The notes under the pieces were generated by a model. It had not been told where the DNA came from. It did not search any database and was given only the letters and a program-made list of their open reading frames with translations. Shown here piece by piece: positions 39,965 to 48,222 of a stretch of 64,000 nt of DNA (the stretch's first letter is position 1; each line of letters opens with the position of its first letter). Location: NCBI GenBank assembly GCA_944331915.1, contig CALVIR010000001.1, positions 10,851 to 74,850 of the forward strand, read 5' to 3'. The stretch is from an uncultured Bacilli bacterium. Its GTDB lineage: Bacteria > Bacillota_I > Bacilli_A > RF39 > UBA660. The translations under genes and the position numbers were made by a program.

Positions 39965-39997
39965 TCTCTTTCTTACAAGTATAGAATAACACCACTT

Positions 39998-40024
39998 TTA
40001 GCAGTTGTCAACAAAGAGTGCTAA
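39998..40024. promoter_or_regulatory. CIRCE-like inverted repeat (HrcA operator) overlapping the htpG promoter
   Basis: TTAGCAGTT-N9-GAGTGCTAA compared with consensus TTAGCACTC-N9-GAGTGCTAA (16 of 18 positions). On the minus strand it embeds a TTGACA -35 hexamer. Confidence 0.65.
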
Positions 40025-40060
40025 CTTTTTTGTAAAAAAAAGAAACATATCTGTTCCTCT

Positions 40061-41086
40061 TTATTTTTCAGGATCAACTAAAATCTTAACTGCACTATCA
40101 CTACCACTAGTTAATCTTTCATAAGCTTTTTGAACCTCGTTATAGCCAACAATATCATCAACAAATTGTTTAACCTCTATTTGTCCATTTGCAATTAAAT
40201 CAATACAAGTCTTAAATTCTTCTTTAGTATAAGCGATTGCTCCTTGTAATTTAATCTCTCTCATTACTGCTACAACCGTTGGGGTTGGAATTGCTGCGGT
40301 TGCTACTCCTACTAAAACAACTAGACCACCTGGTTTTACAGCCATAATAGCACTTGAAACAGCTGGAGCATTACCACAACATTCAATTACAACATCAAAA
40401 CCACCTTGAGTATCAGTATTAATCTCAGTTAACATATCTTTCTTAGTAGCATCATAATATTTATCACAAGAAGCTAAAGTAAGTGCTTTTTTACCTCTAT
40501 TAGGATTAGTCTCACTCAAAGCCACAAAACTAGCTCCTTCTTTCTTTGCAAGCATCGCACTTAAAAGTCCAATAATTCCCCCACCTACAACTAATACTTT
40601 CGCCCCTACTTTAATATCAGCTAAATGAATGGCATGTAAAGCTACCGCTGTAGGTTCTACCATGGCCATTTCTACATCTGAAACATTATCAGGAACTTTA
40701 TAAACCATATCGCTTCTAACACTTATCTTTTCTCCTAAAGCTCCTGGATTAGTTAAAGCAAGTCCTAAAGCATCACTCCAAGTATGAGGACAATACTGAA
40801 CCTCCCCTTTTAAACATGCTTCACATTTACCACATGGTGATATTGGTAAAGCCGTAACACGATCTCCTTTTTTTAAATCTAAGCGATCACCATTATCTAA
40901 AACCTCACCACAAAATTCATGTCCCATAACTAATCCAACTGGTCCTCCAAGCTCAAAGTTATGTAAATCAGATCCACAAATACCAGCTTTTAGAACTTTT
41001 ATTAAAACTCGATCCTTTGCTTTCTTAGCATCTTCTATCTCTTTTAATTCAAATTCTCTTTTACCTTTTAATGCAACTGCACGCAT
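40061..41086 (-). CDS. Zinc-dependent alcohol/polyol dehydrogenase (MDR family)
   Basis: GICGSDLH, GHEF.GEV, structural-zinc cysteines C.KC.AC....YC, and Rossmann motif VVGGGIIG. Confidence 0.85.
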   Translation of the reverse strand: MRAVALKGKREFELKEIEDAKKAKDRVLIKVLKAGICGSDLHNFELGGPVGLVMGHEFCGEVLDNGDRLDLKKGDRVTALPISPCGKCEACLKGEVQYCPHTWSDALGLALTNPGALGEKISVRSDMVYKVPDNVSDVEMAMVEPTAVALHAIHLADIKVGAKVLVVGGGIIGLLSAMLAKKEGASFVALSETNPNRGKKALTLASCDKYYDATKKDMLTEINTDTQGGFDVVIECCGNAPAVSSAIMAVKPGGLVVLVGVATAAIPTPTVVAVMREIKLQGAIAYTKEEFKTCIDLIANGQIEVKQFVDDIVGYNEVQKAYERLTSGSDSAVKILVDPEK

Positions 41087-41151
41087 TTTATTATCACCTC
41101 ATATTAATTTTAACACAAGAAGAAATATTTAAAGTCTTTTTTTCTATTACT

Positions 41152-42035
41152 TTACTTTCTTTTACAGGCTTTAAGCTTTTTTCTAGCTTTAACAATCATA
41201 TAAATAGCCATAATAGAATTTATAAGGCAAATAACAAAACAAACACTACCAGTCATTATTAATTTAAAGTAAGCATCATTATCTCCAAATCTATTTAACA
41301 TTGCAACCTCAAGAGACAACATGGAAATCATCGCTACCGTTAAATTAATAAACTTACTTGCAAATAAAATTGGACTATCACTTTTTCTATATTTTAAGGC
41401 ATTAATAATAGCATTAATTATTAAAATAAAATCATAAAGAGCAACTATATAGATAATTAACCCCGCATAACTTATATCTTGATTAGTACTAAGTATTAAG
41501 ACCGTTAATCCCACTAAAACAATATTTAATAGCATTAAAACTATTCCACAGCGTTTTAACTTTTTATATTCCTTTACTCCATAAGAATTAAAATCTTTTA
41601 CTTTATATAGTAAAGAAAATCTCATTAACCACAATAGAAAATAATAAGCTGCAAAGGTTATAAACCTAAATGATTTATAGTAAATTCCAACTAAAAGATT
41701 GAACAAGGCATAAGAAATATTTAATATGGTTGATACTACAAGTTTTGTCTTTGTTACAAGAAAAAAATTTTCTTGATAAGTATAAAGATTTTACTTTTCT
41801 TTATAAAAGAATTACTAAATTTACACACCTTTATAAACCAACAGATAAAAATGATTAAAGCATAAGTTGATAAAAGATAAGAAATATATGCTAAAGGCGT
41901 ATCTTCTAAAGCATTAAGAAAAACATATATAAGAAGACCAAATCCTATATTAAATAAAAGAAAGCCAACTATTTTATTAGGAAAAAATATTTTCTTCACA
42001 ATATTTTTCATATGCGTCACCTTATCTAAAAGCAA
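41152..42035 (-). pseudogene. Polytopic membrane protein split into two frames at an A7/T7 run (41761-41767); either a frameshifted gene or an assembly indel
   Basis: The 93-aa ORF ends 5 nt after the T7 run. The downstream frame is open from 41790 and continues as hydrophobic sequence into the 184-aa ORF. Adding one T joins them. Confidence 0.45.
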
Positions 42036-42057
42036 AAAGAGACCTTAATCTCCTTTT

Positions 42058-42453
42058 CTAATCTTTATTACTTTTCAAATATGAATATATTGGATAATTA
42101 AGAACACAGATTAATAATCCTATTACCCCTACTACTATACCAATTAACATATCAGTTTGTCCAGGATTATCTACCATAACTTTACTCATACCAAAGCCCA
42201 TAATTAAAGCTCCTATAACACCAATTACCCAAGTAAAAACAATTCCCCAGTTTATCTTTCCACGTTCTTTTTTAGGATGAGAATTTCTATAAACAGGTAT
42301 TATACAAAGTAAAACAATAAAACCTACAATACTAATTACAATCCCTGCTTTAAATAAATTCCATTCTGGTATTAAACACATACACATACCTACTGCAAAG
42401 ATCAAACCACCAATAGTACCTAGAATAATTTCTAATAATGTGTCTTTTTTCAT
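42058..42453 (-). CDS. Small four-TM membrane protein
   Basis: 131 aa with four hydrophobic helices, in an operon with 42469..42735. Confidence 0.6.
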   Translation of the reverse strand: MKKDTLLEIILGTIGGLIFAVGMCMCLIPEWNLFKAGIVISIVGFIVLLCIIPVYRNSHPKKERGKINWGIVFTWVIGVIGALIMGFGMSKVMVDNPGQTDMLIGIVVGVIGLLICVLNYPIYSYLKSNKD

Positions 42454-42468
42454 AAACTACCTACCTCA

Positions 42469-42735
42469 CTATTTCTTAGAATTTATTTTCTCATCTTGCA
42501 AAGCTTTTCTTTGTTCTTCCTCTTCTTTTAATCTAGCTTTCGCCTCACTAACTGTCTCTCCATCATGAGTTAGGAACTCTTCTACAAATTTATCTTCTAT
42601 TTTTGTATATCCTCCTACCACAGTATCACTCATCTTTTTAAACCCTGTAGTAACACCATCACTCATTTTCTTAAATCCCGTTGTAACTCCTTCTGCAATT
42701 TTTTCATTCGCTTTAACTAATTTTGATTTAGCCAT
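42469..42735 (-). CDS. Small soluble protein with tandem 11-aa repeats (GVTTGFKKMSD)
   Basis: EGVTTGFKKMSDGVTTGFKKMSDTVVGGYTKIED followed by a charged helical tail. AAAGGAGA RBS. Confidence 0.6.
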   Translation of the reverse strand: MAKSKLVKANEKIAEGVTTGFKKMSDGVTTGFKKMSDTVVGGYTKIEDKFVEEFLTHDGETVSEAKARLKEEEEQRKALQDEKINSKK

Positions 42736-42764
42736 AAATTTATCTCCTTTCTTTTAAACAACAC

Positions 42765-42793
42765 TTGTTTGTTTAATACATTTTAAGTATAAT
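42765..42793 (+). promoter_or_regulatory. Sigma-A promoter of the TetR gene
   Basis: TTGTTT (42765-42770), 17-nt spacer, TATAAT (42788-42793). Confidence 0.6.
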
Positions 42794-42826
42794 ATTTATA
42801 AACGTTAAAAACAATCATCAATTTAA

Positions 42827-42838
42827 CAACAATTGTTG
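42827..42838. promoter_or_regulatory. Perfect 12-bp palindrome CAACAATTGTTG, a candidate TetR operator
   Basis: It lies between the -10 box and the RBS of the TetR gene. A second dyad, AAACAA-N3-TTGTTT, at 42756-42770 overlaps the -35. Confidence 0.5.
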
Positions 42839-42854
42839 GAATAAAGGAGAAAAT

Positions 42855-43379
42855 ATGAATAAACCTAATAATAAAAGAAAAAAAGAATCGCAAGATAAAA
42901 TAGAAAAAGTGTTTTTAAATCTTATTCAAGCGAAAGAAATCAATGAAATAACAGTTACAGAAATTTGTAAACTTGCTAAAATAAATCGCTCAACTTTCTA
43001 TGCTAACTATTTAGACGTTTATGATCTAAGCGATAAAATCATCGAAAAAATTGTAAACAATGTTTATCATCTATACGATGAAGAGCGAGAAACTAAAAAC
43101 AATACAAATGACTACTTAAAGCTTTTTAAACATATAAAAGATAATCAAATATTTTATAAGACCTACTTTAAACTAGGTAGAGATAAACACTTTGTAATTA
43201 CAGAATATGATACTAATCTTGCCAAAAAATTTTATGATGATAAATATATAGATTATCATATTGAGTTTTTTATGAGTGGATTAAATGCTATTGTAAAGAA
43301 ATGGTTAGATGGTGGTTGTAAAGAAAGTCCTGAAGAAATAAATAAGATTTTAATAGATGAATATAAAAATAAGCATTAA
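42855..43379 (+). CDS. TetR/AcrR family transcriptional regulator
   Basis: HTH region ITVTEICKLAKINRSTFYANY, 174 aa. Confidence 0.88.
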   Translation: MNKPNNKRKKESQDKIEKVFLNLIQAKEINEITVTEICKLAKINRSTFYANYLDVYDLSDKIIEKIVNNVYHLYDEERETKNNTNDYLKLFKHIKDNQIFYKTYFKLGRDKHFVITEYDTNLAKKFYDDKYIDYHIEFFMSGLNAIVKKWLDGGCKESPEEINKILIDEYKNKH

Positions 43380-43392
43380 ACGTATTAAACAC

Positions 43393-43435
43393 ATAAAACG
43401 CCATAACATTTAAATTGTATGACGTTTTATTTTTT
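43393..43435 (+). terminator. Intrinsic terminator after the TetR gene
   Basis: 12-bp stem ATAAAACGCCAT / ATGACGTTTTAT (one mismatch) followed by T5. It overlaps the stop of the convergent 96-aa ORF. Confidence 0.55.
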
Positions 43436-43717
43436 ATAAAGTTTATCTAACTCTTCTTCCATTCGTTTTATCGTTTCCTTTAATGTTTCAATATCAGAAC
43501 TATTTTTATCTTTAGAATCATTACTAGTACTATCCCTACTAACTGCTAAAGTAACATTTTGTGATGCATAAGTTTGCATTGTTAATCCAATTAATTGTAA
43601 CCAGTTACCAATACTATCCTGTTCTTCAATTGATAATTCCTTAGCTAAAATAAGTCCTATTATAAAAGCTGATGTTGTAAAACTATAAGGATCAATATTA
43701 AATACTGCTCTTTGCAT
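43427..43717 (-). CDS. Small hypothetical protein
   Basis: 96 aa. An N-terminal hydrophobic/amphipathic segment (SAFIIGLILAKELSIEEQDSIGNWLQLIGLTMQTYASQ) is followed by an S/D/K-rich tail. It resembles small clostridial proteins of unknown function. Confidence 0.5.
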   Translation of the reverse strand: MQRAVFNIDPYSFTTSAFIIGLILAKELSIEEQDSIGNWLQLIGLTMQTYASQNVTLAVSRDSTSNDSKDKNSSDIETLKETIKRMEEELDKLYKK

Positions 43718-43767
43718 ATAATCACCTTTTTATAATATATGCAACTTTTTAATACCGGTTAGATTAC

Positions 43768-46700
43768 TTATTCATTATTATATCGTAACAATTCTCTAAT
43801 ATCTTCAACTGATAAATTTTGAAAACTTTTATATTCATCCCCATCTTTTTCAATTAATTTATCACTTAGTATTTTCTTTTTATTTTGTAAATCAAGAATC
43901 TTTTCTTCAATTGTTCCTTTAGTAATTAATTTAATAACCTCAACTGTATTCTTTTGACCAATTCGATGTGCTCTATCAGTCGCTTGATTTTCCGCTTGTG
44001 GATTCCACCATAAATCTAAGTGAATAACAATATCAGCACTAGTAAGATTAAGACCAGTTCCTCCACTCTTTAACATAATTAAGAATATATTCGTATCATC
44101 ATTATTAAAGTTATCAACTAACTCTTGTCTTTTCTTACTACTAACCGAACCATCTATAACATAACTAGTAATTCCTTCTTTAGTTAAATTATCTCTAACG
44201 ATATTTAAAGCGGTTTTAAAACTTGTAAATAATAATATTTTATGACCATTACCTACCGCTTCTTTAACTATTTTTACTAAGTTCTCAATCTTAGATGATG
44301 GTTTATCATAGTTTTCAAAGATAATTTTTGGATCAATACATACTTGTCTAAGTCTAGTTAACAAAGTAAGTATTAACATTTTATTTTTAGTAAAGCCATC
44401 ACTTACTAATTCTTCCATTTTATCTTTAGCATCTTTAACACAAGAAGCATATATTTTCTTTTCATCATCACTTAAATCGATATAAATATTATTTTCTAAC
44501 TTATCTGGTAAATCTTTTAAGACCTCCCCTTTCTTTCTTCTTAGAATAAAAGGCTTAACTTGTGTTCTTAATTTATCAAGAGTAAGATTTGTATTATCAT
44601 CAAAGTCATTATTAATTTTATATTTCTCACTAAATTTACTTTTACTAGCTAAAAATCCTGGCATAATATAATCAAAGATACTCCAAAGCTCTAAAACTGA
44701 GTTTTCTACTGGCGTTCCTGTTAAAGCAAGTTTAACCTCACTTTTTATACTCTTAACCGCTTTTGTTAACATAGCCGTTGGATTTTTAATATTTTGTGCT
44801 TCATCAATAACCATTACTTTAAAGTTCATCTCTTGATAAATTTCAAGATCTTCTCTTAATAGTCCATAGCTAGTAATATAAACATTGCCATCATACTCAC
44901 TTAATTTTTTATGTCGCTCTTTTTTCACTCCAACAAAAATATTTCTTTTAATATCATCACTAAACTTTCTAAACTCATTATCCCAGTTATAAACTAAGGC
45001 AGTAGGTGTTACTATTAATATTTTCGCCTTACTATCTTCTTCTAAAACTCTTCTAATAAATATAATAGTCTGTAAGCTCTTACCAAGTCCCATCTCATCA
45101 GCAAGAATTCCTCCTAAGCCACATTTATAAAGATTATAAAGCCATTTAACACCTTCTTGTTGATATGGTCTAAGAAGCTCTTTTTCTTCTTTCGTAAATT
45201 TAACCGCTATATTTTGATATTCTTTAAAGTTTTTAATAAATTGATCAAACAATGAGTTAGTTTTAATAAAGCTATTTTTACTTTTTAAGCTATCAAGATA
45301 TATCGCTCTAAATTTAGGTATTTCCCCTTTCTCTTCTTCTAAATCTAAATCTTCTTTTAACTCTTCTAATTCTCTAATAGAAGGATCTAATAAGTCTAAG
45401 ATATCTCCACTTTTTAGTTTATAATAGTGTTTCTTACTTTTTAAGCTTAAGAATATATCATCCAACTCACTAGGGTTAACATTATCTAATTTAAATTCAT
45501 AATTTAAGATATTATCTTTGCCAATACTAAAACTTGTTGTTCCTGATACTTTCTTTACAAGCATGGTATTTTTAATTTTTTCACTTGTAAAAACATCATA
45601 ATCTTCAGCAAGCTTATCTAGCCCTTCTTCAAAGAATATTCCTATCTCATCAATATCGTATAATCTTAACGCTTCATCAAATCCATACCTTTGTAGTTCT
45701 TTAACTATTTTCTCCTCAAACTCTTGATCTCTAATAACATTTTTATTTTTCTTATCAAAATAATTTATCTCTAAATTATCATATATGAAAAGCAACTTAC
45801 ATTCAATATAGAGTTCTGTGATATCAAAGTATAATTTTACTTTAGGTGTTTTTACAATCACTAAGTCATCAACTGATGAATCTAATGTCACATTATCTTT
45901 AATAGATGGTATTAAATATTTTTTCAAATCTTTAAAAGTATCTTTATCAAAAGTAAGACTAGTAACCTCTTCTTCTAGTAAATTACGAACAATAATTCTT
46001 TCTGTTTCTGTAAGTTTATAAATACCGTTCTTATCGATTAAATAGCTATAATCATCAGTAAGTTCTTTAAGATTTTTCAAATCATAGTCAATATCTAAGA
46101 TATGATTATCATCTTTATCTTTAGTTAATTTAAAGGTAAATGGTAGATGTTCAATCAAAGGTAATTCTCTATTTATCCCCACTGCTTCAACATAAATAGA
46201 ATCAACAAGGTAAAATAGTTCATCTAAAAGTCGTTTATTGAGATCTAAATAATTATCATAACGATAACTCTTAGCATAGGCATGATCAATAAAGGTTATC
46301 ATCTTTTTACTGTCTTCATCAAAATAGTAGTTTTTGTTATTATAGATAAAGTCTTTACCAAATTTAAGTTCTCCTCCATAGTAGTATTTATCAATGAAGG
46401 AACTAACTTTATTACCCAAAGCATATAATTTACTTGCCCCTATTTTAAACCTAAGCGAATAAAAGTATTTGTATTCATTATTATAATAGCCATAGTAGTT
46501 TCTTTGGCTTTCTAACTTTAAAAACGGAATAATCTTTGCTTCTTGTTTAACAACTTTACCATTATTACTAACTTTCTTAACCTCTTTTATTAAATTAGAA
46601 ATAACTAATTTAGACATATCTTGACTACTAAGTTTAAAGTAATCATTTTTATATTTAACTAATACGGCTGCTAAATGTTTACATGAACCAGTTAGAATAA

Positions 46701-46938
46701 ACTGTGGACAATTACAAGAATACGCCTCTAATTCATTATCTTTATTAATATCAAGACTAACAATATATGATCTATCCATATGTTCAGAGTAAACTACATA
46801 ACTTTGCTCTCTTAATTTACCACTAGGACTTTCTCCAACATATCGCACTTTTCGAGAGTCATAGTTCATTCCTTTTTCTAAGTCACTATCTCTTACAATA
46901 TCTAATATTTCATCTGTCATAATACAAACCACTTCCAA
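43768..46938 (-). CDS. SNF2-family helicase/ATPase with an N-terminal SWIM zinc finger (YwqA-like)
   Basis: SWIM motif CNCPQF..GSCKHLAAV. SNF2 motifs LADEMGLGKS, DEAQNIKN, LTGTPVEN. Helicase-C motifs GGTGLNLT.AD, QA.DRAHRIGQ. TTG start preceded by an AGGAG RBS. Confidence 0.9.
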   Translation of the reverse strand: MEVVCIMTDEILDIVRDSDLEKGMNYDSRKVRYVGESPSGKLREQSYVVYSEHMDRSYIVSLDINKDNELEAYSCNCPQFILTGSCKHLAAVLVKYKNDYFKLSSQDMSKLVISNLIKEVKKVSNNGKVVKQEAKIIPFLKLESQRNYYGYYNNEYKYFYSLRFKIGASKLYALGNKVSSFIDKYYYGGELKFGKDFIYNNKNYYFDEDSKKMITFIDHAYAKSYRYDNYLDLNKRLLDELFYLVDSIYVEAVGINRELPLIEHLPFTFKLTKDKDDNHILDIDYDLKNLKELTDDYSYLIDKNGIYKLTETERIIVRNLLEEEVTSLTFDKDTFKDLKKYLIPSIKDNVTLDSSVDDLVIVKTPKVKLYFDITELYIECKLLFIYDNLEINYFDKKNKNVIRDQEFEEKIVKELQRYGFDEALRLYDIDEIGIFFEEGLDKLAEDYDVFTSEKIKNTMLVKKVSGTTSFSIGKDNILNYEFKLDNVNPSELDDIFLSLKSKKHYYKLKSGDILDLLDPSIRELEELKEDLDLEEEKGEIPKFRAIYLDSLKSKNSFIKTNSLFDQFIKNFKEYQNIAVKFTKEEKELLRPYQQEGVKWLYNLYKCGLGGILADEMGLGKSLQTIIFIRRVLEEDSKAKILIVTPTALVYNWDNEFRKFSDDIKRNIFVGVKKERHKKLSEYDGNVYITSYGLLREDLEIYQEMNFKVMVIDEAQNIKNPTAMLTKAVKSIKSEVKLALTGTPVENSVLELWSIFDYIMPGFLASKSKFSEKYKINNDFDDNTNLTLDKLRTQVKPFILRRKKGEVLKDLPDKLENNIYIDLSDDEKKIYASCVKDAKDKMEELVSDGFTKNKMLILTLLTRLRQVCIDPKIIFENYDKPSSKIENLVKIVKEAVGNGHKILLFTSFKTALNIVRDNLTKEGITSYVIDGSVSSKKRQELVDNFNNDDTNIFLIMLKSGGTGLNLTSADIVIHLDLWWNPQAENQATDRAHRIGQKNTVEVIKLITKGTIEEKILDLQNKKKILSDKLIEKDGDEYKSFQNLSVEDIRELLRYNNE

Positions 46939-46988
46939 AATTAATAATCTCCTAGCTTACTATATCATAACAAAAGAAAAAAAGCTAT

Positions 46989-47381
46989 TTAAAGCTTAAT
47001 ATTTAACATAGTTTTATAAGTTTTTTTTAACCTTTCTTTTTTATCATGATTCATATCAATAAAGTTAATATGTAATTGATATCCACTATCGAAACTAAAT
47101 AGTAATTCTACTTTACCTGGTTTAAAGTTAATCGCTCCAGATGAAATAGAAACATAAGGAAAAATATGAATTTTCTTATAATAAACAGCTAGAGTATCAC
47201 GATCAAACAAAATCATTTTTTTGTCAGTAAAAACAGCATAGTCCTTACTATTTTTATAACTACCTAAAATAGTTTCTTGACTACTAACATACTCTTTAGC
47301 ATAATCAGGTAACTTATCTACTGCAATCTCTTCCTTAAAATCAAAATACTTAGATAACTCTTTAAACTTAATATACGACAT
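46989..47381 (-). CDS. Bacterial PH-domain (YokE-like) protein
   Basis: E.ILGSYK...DYAVFTDKKMILFD......KKIHIFPY..I pattern of bPH domains. The ATG at 47381 follows a GGTGAGG RBS. Confidence 0.55.
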   Translation of the reverse strand: MSYIKFKELSKYFDFKEEIAVDKLPDYAKEYVSSQETILGSYKNSKDYAVFTDKKMILFDRDTLAVYYKKIHIFPYVSISSGAINFKPGKVELLFSFDSGYQLHINFIDMNHDKKERLKKTYKTMLNIKL

Positions 47382-47435
47382 AAACCTCACCTACTATCTT
47401 TATTTAAAAGATATCATCAGTAATAATAATAGTCA

Positions 47436-47709
47436 AGTATCTTGTCATAATTTGTTAATCCTTTTTTAAAATGTCACCATATCATTAGTTAAAATGTCAC
47501 CACTAAGTTTTATAATTTCTTTATAAGCAAATCATTGATAATAGGCAGTAATAACTCGTCATACTTGCTGTAATATCTTATTTTTAAGATATTACGCACT
47601 TCAAAAGAGTTTTTACTGGGTCCCTGTTGTCAATGAGGAATTATAAAGAAATTATACTATAAAATCGGTGACATTTTAACTAATGTTTAACAGTATCTTG
47701 TCATAATTT
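47436..47709. repeat. Nested direct/inverted repeat element in an ORF-free gap
   Basis: 18-nt direct repeat AGTATCTTGTCATAATTT (47436-47453, 47692-47709). 19-bp perfect inverted repeat CATTAGTTAAAATGTCACC (47483-47501 / 47667-47685). 16-bp perfect inverted repeat TATAATTTCTTTATAA (47511-47526 / 47641-47656). Central 11-bp-stem hairpin at 47570-47595. Confidence 0.85.
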
Positions 47710-48175
47710 TACAGAATTTGTGTAACTATTCAGACTATTAATTTAATTGCATAATCTTTATTTTAAAACTTTCCTCTTTTCAAATTTAAGTCTAGCAGAC
47801 TATTCTTCTAATATTAATATACTTTTTATATCTAGTATAAGCAAAATTATAGTCACCTTTCTTGTCTTGGTACATACGTTTGCAACATTATCATAAATAT
47901 AATCGTATATTTCTTCATCTTAATGATTTCTTTTCAATATAACTTTTATATCATATTTCTATTTTTTCTTTTAACATCATTAAAATTCTCTTTTTGTTTA
48001 AAAATTGTTTTTTAGTACAATATCTAACACAACCAAAAGTTTTATGAATTAATCATTTTGATTGTCTGTTGGATATAGTCTAGACTTATAGATACCTCCC
48101 TGATGTAGTCAGTTTAGTATTCAGAATAATTGTTTAATAATAACTTTTTTGATTTTTTAAACGCACTTTCCTTAT

Positions 48176-48205
48176 AAATAAAAAAGAAGCATAAAATTAT
48201 GCTTC
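48176..48205 (-). terminator. Intrinsic terminator of the large surface-protein gene
   Basis: Minus-strand GAAGCAU-AAUUUU-AUGCUUC followed by U6. Confidence 0.8.
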
Positions 48206-48222
48206 AATCAATTATTTTATTA

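Noticed and set aside
47502-47666. A type I toxin-antitoxin locus (convergent promoters, central hairpin) within the palindromic element.
   Set aside because: The only internal ORFs are 9 and 13 codons long and lack an RBS. The central hairpin lacks U-tracts on either strand, so the par/Fst-like model is not supported.
47710-48175. A possible decayed gene or peptide genes (for example a 21-codon MKKYTIIFMIMLQTYVPRQER, or an orphan GGGAGG at about 48095).
   Set aside because: No frame stays open beyond about 40 codons. The GGGAGG is followed by ATA rather than a start codon, and no recognisable protein similarity was seen.
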